DNA from: Scyliorhinus canicula
Taxonomy: Eukaryota
Direction of reading: 5' to 3'
Length of the DNA stretch: 64,000 nucleotides
Assembly (NCBI RefSeq): GCF_902713615.1
Contig: NC_052147.1
Coordinates: 209,956,559-210,020,558 of the forward strand
Part shown: positions 23,701 to 33,200 of the stretch, piece by piece
How the letters are laid out: the number at the start of each line of letters is the position of its first letter
Position numbering within the stretch: position 1 is the first letter of the stretch
The notes under the pieces: model-generated
What the model was told of the DNA's origin: nothing
The model's database searches: none
The model's input: only the letters and a program-made list of their open reading frames with translations
Translations under genes and position numbers: made by a program

Positions 23701-25095
23701 TCCGAATACTACGAGCATTCAGGTAAAGTACACTTATGTTGGTTTTTTTACCTCTGTTTTGAATCTTAACATCTCCAGTTTTATTCCTTTTCTTATTACT
23801 GGGCCTATTCACTGAGCTCCCCTCAGTCACTGTACCTTGTACTGTCGCCCTTTTAGATTTTTGACTATGTCTTCTCTGCCTTGCACTTTTCCCCTTACTT
23901 CCTTTTGCTTCTGCCCCTGTTTTACTACCTTCCAACTTCCTGCATCGGTTCCCATCCCCCTGCCACATTAGTTTAAACCCTCCCCAACAGCTCTGAGCAA
24001 ACACCCCCCCCTAGGACATCGGTTCCAGTCCTGCCCAGGTGCAGACCATCTGGTTTGTACTGGTCCCACCTCCCCCAGAACCGGTCCCAATGCCCCAGGA
24101 ATTTGAATCCCTCCCTCTTGCACCATCTCTCGAGCCACGCATTCATCCTATCTATCCTGACATTCCTACTCTGACTAGCTCGTGGCACTGGTAGCAATCC
24201 TGAGATTACTACCTTTGAGGTCCTACTTTTTAGTTTAACTCCTAACTCCCTGAATTCCGCTTGTAGGACCTCATCCCGTTTTTTACCTATATCGTTGGTG
24301 CCTATGTGCACCACGACAGCTGGCTGTTCACCCCCCCCCCCCCCCCCCCCCCAGAATGTCCTGCAGCCGCTCTGAGACATCCTTGACCCTTGCACCAGGG
24401 AGGCAACATACCATCCTGGAGTCTCGATTGCGTCCACAGAACCGCCTAACTATTCCCCTTACAATCGAGTCCCCTATCACTATAGCCCTGCCATTTTTCT
24501 TCCTGCCCTGCTGTGCAGCAGAGCCAGCCACGGTGCCATGAACCTGGCCTCTGCTGCCTTCCCCTGGTGAGCCATCTCCCTCAACAGTATCCAAAGCGGT
24601 ATATCTGTTTTGCAGGGAGATGACCGCAGGGGACACCTGCACTGCCTTCCTACTCTTGCTCTGTCTTTTGGTCACCCATTTGCTGTCTCCCTCAGTAACT
24701 TTCACCTGCGGTGTGACCAATTCGCTAAACATGCTATCCACGACCTCCTCAGCATCGCGGATGCTCCAAAGTGAGTCCAACCGCAGCTCCAGAGCCGTCA
24801 AGCGGTCTAACAAGAGCTGCAACTGAACACACTTCTTGCACGTGAAAGAGCCAGGGACAGTGGACGTGTCCCTGAGCTCCCACATTGCACACGAGGAGTA
24901 TGACACGGGTCTGGGATCTCCTGCCATGTCTTAAACGGCAGGAGAATTCAGAATTTCCAAATTACCCAACAGCGTCTTTTGGGAGGAAACCCAAGCACCC
25001 GGTGAAAACTCTCACAGACACAGGGAGAACCTGCTGACTCTGCACAGAGTCGCCCAAGCTGGGAATTGAACCTGGGACCCTAGCGTTGTGAAGCT
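20748..25095 (-). mobile_element. V-SINE split by the CR1 insertion (3' part 20748-20846, 5' part about 24936-25095)
   Basis: Joining ..cctgttcaggtaca to ggcaggagaattcagaat.. restores the reverse complement of the intact SINE at 10066-10375. Confidence 0.8.
20847..24935 (-). mobile_element. young, nearly complete CR1-clade LINE. ORF1 (zinc finger/leucine zipper plus SGNH esterase) starts at 24927; ORF2 (APE endonuclease plus RT) starts at 23968 and is interrupted by TAA at 23429-23431
   Basis: ORFs 24328..24927, 23973..24437, 23429..24004 and 20918..23389. Motifs GDSIVR, HIGTND, DGLHL (esterase); LNARS, ITETW, YRPP, GDFN, SDH (APE); YLDFQKAFD, QGS, FADD (RT). (TTCTTATG)n 3' tail. Inserted into a SINE. 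Confidence 0.95.
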
Positions 25096-25184
25096 AGGCT
25101 CTATCAAGTGAATCCGAGACCCAAATGTTGATTTTAGTGAAGTACTACCCTGGTCTGAGGCATGACACTTAGTGGAGCAACTTT

Positions 25185-25355
25185 TTAAAAAAAGTTTGGA
25201 GTACCCAATTCATTTTTTCCAATTAAGGCGCAATTTAACGTGGCCAATCCACCTACCATGCACATCTTTGGGTTGTGAGGGCGAAACCCACGCAAACACT
25301 GGGGGGTATGTGCAAACTCCACACGAACAGTGCTGACCACTGCACCACCGTGCTA
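25185..25355 (-). mobile_element. HE1/V-SINE with internal deletion
   Basis: Reverse complement of the SINE V domain and short tail. Confidence 0.8.
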
Positions 25356-25543
25356 CTCTGGCGCAACATTTTAAAGTGGCTGATTTCGTGATTTTTAGCA
25401 TTGAGGTGAGCTGTTTCCAAACCCCCTCACTTTGCATCGGAATCAGAAGGCAGTAAAATTGCCATGATAGCTGAGATGACTTAGAACATTGAACATACAG
25501 TGCAGAAGGAGGCCATTCGGCCCATGTCTGCACCAATCCACTT

Positions 25544-27008
25544 TTTTTATTTTTTTGAAATAATTTTTATTGAAAAATTTTGAATTTATACAACAATACC
25601 AAAAATAACAATAATATTAGCAATCATAAACATTCGCCCCACCTCCATGAACAACACAGCATTTTAACAACAACGCAAATTAACACAATATAAAGTTACA
25701 GAATAGAAACTACAATAAGGAACCCCCCCCCCCCCCCCCCCCCCCCCCCGGGTTGCTGCTGCTATTGACCAAGATACCTATCTTTGAGCCAGGAAGTCCA
25801 GAAAAGGCTGCCATCGTTTATAGAACCCTTGTATTGATCCTCTCAGGGCAAATTTGACCCTTTCCAATTTTATAAATCCCGCCATGTCACTGATCCAGGT
25901 CTCCACACTTGGGGGCCTCGCATCCTTCCACTGTAGCAGGATCCTTCGTCGGGCTACTAGGGACGCAAAGGCCAGGACACCGGCCTCTTTCGCCTCCTGC
26001 ACTCCCGGCTCTACCGCAACTCCAAAAATCGTGAGTCCCCACCCTGGTTTGACCCTGGATCCAACCACCCTCGACACCGTCCCCGCCACCCCCTTCCAGA
26101 ATTCTTCCAGTGCTGGGCATGCCCAGAACATATGGGCGTGGTTCGCTGGATTCCCCGAACATCTGGTGCACCTGTCCTCGCCCCCAAAGAACCTACTCAT
26201 CCTAGTCCCAGACATGTGGGCCCGATGCAGCACCTTAAATTGGATGAGACTAAGCCTCGCACATGAGGAGGAAGAGTTGACTCTCTCCAAGGCATCCGCC
26301 CAAGTCCCGTCCTCTATCTGCTCCCTGAGTTCCTCCTCCCATTTAGCCTTCAGCTCCTCCACTGACGACTCCTCCACCTCCTGCATTACCTTATAGATGT
26401 CAGACACCTTCCCCTCTCCAACCCACACCCCCGAAAGCACTCTGTCCATCGTCCCCCGCGAGGGCAGCAGAGGGAATCCCGCTACCTGTCGCCTAGCAAA
26501 CGCCTTTACCTGCAAGTATCTGAACATGTTCCCTTGGGGAAGCCCAAATTTATCTTCCAGTTCCCCCAGGCCCGCAAACCTCCTACCAATAAACAGCTCC
26601 CTCAATTTACTGATGCCCGCCCTTTGCCACCCCCTAAATCCCCCATCCTTGTTCCCAGGGATGAACCGATGATTGCCACGCAGTGGAGCCTCCATCGAGC
26701 CCCCTGTTTCCCCCCGATGCCGTCTCCACTGTCCCCAGATTCTTAGGGTCGCCGCCACCACCGGGCTCGTGGTAAACCTCTTAGGGGAGAGCGGCAAAGG
26801 CGCCGTTACCATGGCACCCAGGCTCGTACCTCTACATGACACCATCTCCATTCTTTTCCACGCCGCCCCCCCCCTCCCCCTCCATCACCCATTTACGCAC
26901 CATTGACACATTGGCCGCCCAATAGTACCCCAGAAGGTTGGGCAGCGCCAGCCCGCCTCTATCCCTCCCTCGCTCCAGGAACGCCCTCTTCACTCTCGGA
27001 GTCTCGTG
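25544..27008 (-). mobile_element. young 5'-truncated L1/Tx1-clade LINE (ORF2 C-terminus with CCHC motif, polyA tail)
   Basis: ORF 25778..26851 contains CTRCSGNPANHAHMFWAC and 26832..27020 contains GGLALPNL..YYWA. PolyA and AATAAA on the minus strand. 19-bp TSD TGTCTGCACCAATCCACTT at 25525-25543 and 27009-27027 at a TT/AA site. Splits an HE1 SINE tail (about 25483-27138). Confidence 0.92.
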
Positions 27009-27490
27009 TGTCTGCACCAATCCACTTAAGCCCTCACTTCCACCCTATCCCTGTAACCCAATAACCCCTCCTAACCTTTTTGGTCACTAAGGGCAATTAA
27101 TTATGGCCAATCCACCTAACCTGCACGTCTTTGGACTTGGTTAGTGTCAGAGCAACAAAAAGAATTGGAAAAGAGGGTGCTGTGGTTGAGTGAGTGTGCG
27201 ACATGTCAAGATGCATTTCTTTTTATTAAGGAGAAGTGGAGTTGGGAAAACTGGAAAAGAAATCATATCGAGCAGTTGCTCGCAGATACTGATGGTTAAC
27301 TACAAGGCACAGTGAGGAACAACTGGCTGTAAATCTAGCTCTTCCAAGCAAGTATGCTCCTATATGCAAGAATCTACCCATGCAGACTTTTTTTGTATTT
27401 GGCTACTGATTTATTCCTTGTTTTGTGGGTTTCTGACTTTGAGATATGTGCTGATTAGTTGTACACTTGGATGAACACAGGAGCTTCATG

Positions 27491-27560
27491 GTACTCCAAA
27501 ATAGTTAATTTTTAAAACATACAAAGTACTCCAAAATATTTTCTTTTTAAAACATACAAT
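27491..27560. repeat. 35-bp tandem duplication just upstream of the exon 2 acceptor
   Basis: GTACTCCAAAATA....TTTTTAAAACATACAA occurs twice (27491-27525, 27526-27560). Confidence 0.85.
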
Positions 27561-27578
27561 TTTATCTTCTGCTTTCAG

Positions 27579-27659
27579 GTTCAGGAAAATTCTCCTGGTC
27601 ACAGGGCTGGACTGGAGCCTTTCTTTGATTTTGTTGTTTCCATTGCGAATGCTAGATTG
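27579..27659 (+). CDS. GORASP2: GORASP2 (GRASP55) coding exon 2, 81 nt, phase 0-0, [27 protein letters not shown]
   Basis: ttctgctttcag acceptor and gtaagc donor. The peptide matches the GRASP55 PDZ1 signature [12 protein letters not shown] (GRASP65 has AQQAGLEPYFDF). Confidence 0.96.
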
Positions 27660-27868
27660 GTAAGCAGTTTATTTTCTAATGGAGTGCGCTACAATTTTGC
27701 CACTGAACTTAAAACAATTATTTTTCGTTTCATTTTTTTAAATCCCAGTGCATTTTGCTGATATAAAAATTGCAAAATCTATGGCAAGTACCCTGGCGAT
27801 ACCCCAGAAGATGCACTGGGGGGACTCCCACCCCACAGCAGTCCCGATGCAAGGTCTATATGGGAAGT

Positions 27869-28078
27869 ACAGTAAGAAGTCTTACAACACCAGGTTAAAG
27901 TCCAACAGGTTTGTTTCAAACACGAGCTTTCGGAGCACTGCTCCTTCCTCAGGTTTCATCTGAGGAAGGAGCAGTGCTCCGAAAGCTCGTGTTTGAAACA
28001 AACCTGTTGGACTTTAACCTGGTGTTGTAAGACTTCTTACTGTACTTACCCCAGTCCAACGCCGGCATCTCCACATCA
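27869..28078. mobile_element. Penelope-type inverted terminal-repeat (pLTR) insertion forming a perfect hairpin
   Basis: Arms 27865-27952 and 27960-28047 are exact reverse complements (88 bp, 7-nt loop). 12-bp TSD TATATGGGAAGT at 27857-27868 and 28079-28090. The Penelope assignment is from recognition of the CTGANGA..GAAA pLTR motif. Confidence 0.75.
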
Positions 28079-28149
28079 TATATGGGAAGTGCCTAGGATG
28101 TTTAAACTTTCAATGGACAATTATCTTGCATCGGGAACCATCCAAAACT

Positions 28150-29220
28150 CTTGATTTTAAATCCAAGACTTTGGATGGTTGACTCCAGAGCAGAAACGTT
28201 CTCCAGGGAACGTTAGAACGATTTCTCAACTATGGTACCAAAAGACCGGCCTTTCCCATGTGCTGTGGCCACTCTGAATGGGGAGACTATTGAGGAAACT
28301 TGACAACAGCTGGTCGAAGAATTGCAGCCCACTTCCCCTGGAAAACATCAACATCTCCCATGGTTAAGATCACAGCTACCTTGAATTTCTTTATATTTGG
28401 ATTATTCCAGGCAGCAATAGATTATCTTTTCCACATTGGTCAGGCTGTTGCTCACTATTATGGTAGCCACTGATGCTCTATTCGGAAGGACTGCACAGTT
28501 GGAATCCTTTCAACTGGAAACTGACGAGCAGAAACAGAAAAATCTACCCAATTCTTCTATTGAGCAGATTTGTACAATTGCAAGACTGGGGGCTCCCCTA
28601 AAGATGTGTTGGGAAGCCCATCCACTTGGCAGTGTAAACCTCTCTTGGGCAATTGCCCTGCAGTTGTAACCACCTGAAAGTGCAGTTTAAATCACATACT
28701 TCAGGTGGTTCTGACTGTTTTAACAGCAATAATTACCCAGGAAAAATTTGAATTCAAACCACTTCTAACTCCAGTTAACTGATGCACCCCTCCCACCGGC
28801 AGATTTCCCCTTGTCAACCAACCGAGCCAACATCCCCTGAGCCGAATGACGGACAGCCTCCAAAACCGACCAACTTCTCCACTGACCACCTGACCATATC
28901 CACTTGGCTGATAAATCAGCCCTCTCCATGGCTTCTGAAAGTAGATAGATCTCTTGCCTGCTTTATGGCAGCTAGCGCTGTAAAAAGTGGGCTTGCTTTC
29001 CGTGTCTCCCACTTTACAACCCTGGATTTAAGGCCTCCGAAAGGTAGGTGTCCTCCACCGTTCTCACCCAAGTCTGATGGTTGGGTGACAATGGTTGGCT
29101 GGATTTTGAGGTAAGAAACTAGGACTGTTTCAATCTGATTCGGAATACCACTTCGCGGATGTTCCGGCCCAATATGTTTACCATTCAAAGCCCAAGATGG
29201 TAAGCACACTCAATTTTAGA
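28150..29220 (+). mobile_element. highly degenerate Harbinger/PIF transposon remnant
   Basis: About 28360-28420 translates as ..VKITATLNFF..G.FQAA.., similar to the VKVMVVLNVYAMGSFQ motif of the 7.3-9.3 kb element. Confidence 0.45.
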
Positions 29221-29458
29221 AATAGGGTCACCTTTCATTCTGTTAATGCCTAGCCAGTGTGCAGTGTTAATTAGCTCTTATTTTTCCAAAGAAGTGGTTG
29301 TTAGGGGTGCTGAATGGTTAATTGATGATTATACCCTGATAAAAGATTTACTTGAATGTGTGGAGTTTGGGAGAAATGAGCAAAAGTTCAACTTTGGAAG
29401 CATTTCATTTATGTTAGATTTGCTGCTTAAATATATAAAGGTATTTCCTATGTTTCAG

Positions 29459-29662
29459 AATCAGGACAATGATACTCTGAAAGATCTTTTGAAATCGAAC
29501 GTGGAGAAACCAGTTAAAATGGTTGTCTACAGCAGCAAGACACTCAAATTGAGAGAAACTACAGTAACTCCCAGCAACATGTGGGGTGGACAAGGCTTGT
29601 TGGGAGTCAGCATACGTTTCTGCAGTTTTGAGGGAGCAAATGAAAATGTGTGGCATGTGTTG
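29459..29662 (+). CDS. GORASP2: GORASP2 coding exon 3, 204 nt, phase 0-0, [12 protein letters not shown]...[27 protein letters not shown]
   Basis: tgtttcag acceptor and gtaagt donor. Lies inside ORF 29246..29677 and carries the GRASP motif WGGQGLLG. Confidence 0.97.
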
Positions 29663-30244
29663 GTAAGTAAGTTCTGATCTGGGAGGTTGGAGCAAGGGTG
29701 AAGTAGTTTCTGGGTGGCAAAGAAAACTATCAATTATTTTTATGTTTAGCTTTGAAGCTATTTTTGCTTTTGGCCCTAAATTATTCAAATTGTTTATCTT
29801 TGGGGAAAAAAAAGAAATTTAAGTGTAATTACCTCCATAATCTTTGGCAACAATTTTAAAGCTGTGAAGTTTCTTTTGGGTGGATAGTGAGAGTAGCAGT
29901 TAAATAAATTTAACACCTTCCTAATTAGTTACCTTATGTGGAAGTGGTCATAAGCAATTGCTTACAAGTACCTTTTTATTGGATTCAATTTATGGGGATA
30001 ATGTCAAGTTCAATGTGATTTTAAAGAAGTTCTTCATGTAATGTCAATGTTGTTTACAGGATGAGTATTTGTTGCCCATCCTAATTGCCCTTGAGAAGGT
30101 TATGGTGACCCACCTTCTTAAATAGCCATAACCTGTCTGCACGTAACCCACAATACAGTTGAGGTGGGACTTGCATGATTTTGTCCCATCAATGACGCAG
30201 GAATTGTGATTATGTTTCCAAGTCACAATTGCATGCCACATTGG

Positions 30245-33200
30245 TGAGTACAGAAATCAAGGTGATGAATGGGTGACTGGAGGGCTGGTGCAGGAGATGG
30301 GGCTTTAGATTTCAGGGTCATTGGCACTGGTTTTGGGGAGATAGGAAATGTACAGGCCGGACTGGTTGTTCCTGAATAGAGCAGGGTCAAATGTATTTTC
30401 GGAATAGTTTGTTCGTTCCTTTCCCCTCCCTAATAGCACAAAGAGCTAAAATTAAAGAAGAAAAACCAGGTGCACAAAGAATTGGGAGAGACAGCTGGCA
30501 CTAGAAATTGTAAGGCATTAGGTGGAATGAAATCTGGTTGAAGTTAAGTTTACTGTGTATGTATCCGAATGCATGGAGTGTGGTAAATAAGGTTGGTAAT
30601 TTGCAGATGCAGGTAACCAAGTGGGAAAAGGATGTTGTGGCAATAACAGAGACCTGGCACAAAAGGAAGTAGGGCTGGGTACTAAATGTTCCAGGACGGT
30701 CTGCACTTGGGCAGGACTGGAACCGATGTCCTAGGGGGGGTGTTTTCTAGAGCTGTTGGGGAGGGTTTAAACTAATGTGGCAGGGGGATGGGAACCAATG
30801 CTGGAAGTTGGAAGGTAGTAAAACAGGGACAGAAACAAAAGGAAGTAAGGGGAAAAGGGCAAGGCAGAGAAGACATAGTCAGAAATCCATAAGGGCGACA
30901 GTACAAGGTACAGTGACTGAGGGGAGCACAGTGAATAGGCCCAGTAATAACAAAAGGAATAAAACTGGAGATGTTAAGATTCAAAACAGAGGTAAAAAAA
31001 CCAACATAAGTGTACTTTACCTGAATGCTCGTAGTATTCGGAATAAAGTAAATGAGTTGGTGGCACAAATCATCGTGAAGGACTATGATTTAGTGGCCAT
31101 TACTGAAACATGGTTAAAGGATGGTCACGACTGGGAGTTAAATATCCGAGGGTATCAAACTATTCGGAAGGACAGAGTGGATGGTAAGGGAGGTGGTGTT
31201 GCTCTGTTATTTAAGGATGACATCCGGGCAATAGTAAGGGATGACATCGGTGCTATGGAGGATAAGGTTGAATCCATTTGGGTGGAAATCAGGAATAGTA
31301 AGGCGAAAAAGTAACTGATAGGAGTAGTCTATCGGCCACCAAATAGTAACGAGATGGTGGGGCAGGCAATAAACAAAGAAATAACTGATGCATGTAGAAA
31401 TGGTACAGCAGTTATCATGGGGGATTTTAATCTACATGTCGATTGGTTTAACCAGGTCGGTCAGGGCAACCGTGAGGAGGAGTTTATAGAATGTATCCGC
31501 GATAGTTTCCTAGAACAGTATGTGATGGAACCTACGAGGGAACAAGCGGTCCTGGATCTTGTCCTGTGTAATGAGACAGGATTGATTCATGATCTCATAG
31601 TTAGGGATCCTCTCGGAAGGAGCGATCACAATATGGTGGAATTTAAAATACAGATGGAGGGTGAGAAAGTAAAATCAAATACTAGTGTTTTGTGTTTAAA
31701 CAAGGGAGATTACAAGGGGATGAGAGAAGAACTAGCTAAGGTAGACTGGGAGCTAAGACTTTATGGTGGAACAGTTGAGGAACAGTGGAGAACCTTCCAA
31801 GCGATTTTTCACAGTGCTCAGCAAAGGTTTATACCAACAAAAAGGAAGGACGGAAGAAAGAGGGAAAATCGACCGTGGATATCTAAGGAAATAAGGGAGA
31901 GTATCAAATTGAAGGAAAAAGCATATAAAGTGGCAAAGATTGCTGGGAGATTAGAGGACTGGGAAATCTTTAGGGGGCAACAGAAAGCTACTAAAAAAGC
32001 TATAAAGAAGAGTAAGATAGAGTATGAGAGTAAACTTGCTCAGAATATAAAAACAGACAGTAAAAGGTTTTACAAATATATAAGACAAAAAAGAGTGGCT
32101 AAGGTAAATATTGGTCCTTTAGAGGATGGGAAGGGAGTTTTAATAATGGGAAATGAGGAAATGGCTGAGGAACTGAACAGGTTTTTTGGGTCGGTCTTCA
32201 CAGTGGAAGACACAAATAACATGCCAGTGACTGATAGAAATGAGGCTATGACAGGTGAGGACCTTGAGACGATTGTTATCACTAAGGAGGGAGTGATGGG
32301 CAAGCTAATGGGGCTAAAGGTAGACAAGTCTCCTGGCCCTGATGGAATGCATCCCAGAGTGCTAAAAGAGATGGCTAGGGAAATTGCAGATGCACTAGTG
32401 ATAATTTACCGAAATTCACTAGACTCTGGGGTGGTCCCGGTGGATTGGAAATTAGCAAACGTGACACCACTGTTTAAAAAAGGAGGTAGGCAGAAAGCAG
32501 GAAATTATAGGCCAGTGAGTTTAACTTCGGTAATAGGGAAGATGCTGGAATCTATCATCAAGGAAGAAATTGCGAGGCATCTGGATAGAAATTGTCCCAT
32601 TGGGCAGACGCAGCATGGGTTCGTAAAAGGCAGGTCGTGCCTAACTAATTTAGTGGAATTTTTTGAGGACATTACCAGTGCAGTAGATAACGGGGAGCCG
32701 ATGGATGTGGTATATCTGGATTTCCAGAAAGCCTTTGACAAGGTGCCACACAAAAGGTTGCTGCATAAGATAAAGATGCATGGCATTAAGGGTAAAGTAG
32801 TAGCATGGATAGAGGATTGGTTAATTAATAGAAAGCAAAGAGTTGGGATAAATGGGTGTTTCTCTGGTTGGCAATCAGTAGCTAGTGGTGTCCCTCAGGG
32901 ATCCGTGTTGGGCCCACAATTGTTCACAATTTACATTGATGATTTGGAGTTGGGGACCAAGGGCAATGTGTCCAAGTTTGCAGATGACACTAAGATGAGT
33001 GGTAAAGCGAAAAGTGCAGAGGATACTGGAAGTCTGCAGAGGGATTTGGATAGGTTAAGTGAATGGGCTCGGGTCTGGCAGATGGAATACAATGTTGACA
33101 AATGTGAGGTTATCCATTTTGGTAGGAATAACAGCAAACGGGATTATTATTTAAACAATAAAATATTAAAGCATGCCGCTGTTCAGAGAGACTTGGGTGT

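Noticed and set aside
24331-24352. programmed frameshift in CR1 ORF1 at the 22-C run (and at about 24004-24011)
   Set aside because: Homopolymer length is unreliable (slippage or sequencing error); the plus-strand copy is in frame at the second run.
1-27578. GORASP2 exon 1 (myristoylated MG..GYHVLR)
   Set aside because: I found no matching peptide or promoter-like CpG island by eye; it is probably upstream of the window.
27865-28047. miRNA precursor or CRISPR-like repeat
   Set aside because: Perfect long arms with a TSD indicate a recent mobile insertion; there is no repeat-spacer array and the DNA is eukaryotic.
29246-29458. N-terminal extension of exon 3 in ORF 29246..29677 as an alternative start
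   Set aside because: No GRASP similarity upstream of the strong acceptor; most likely a chance open frame. The same applies to the extensions of ORFs 46391 and 57181.
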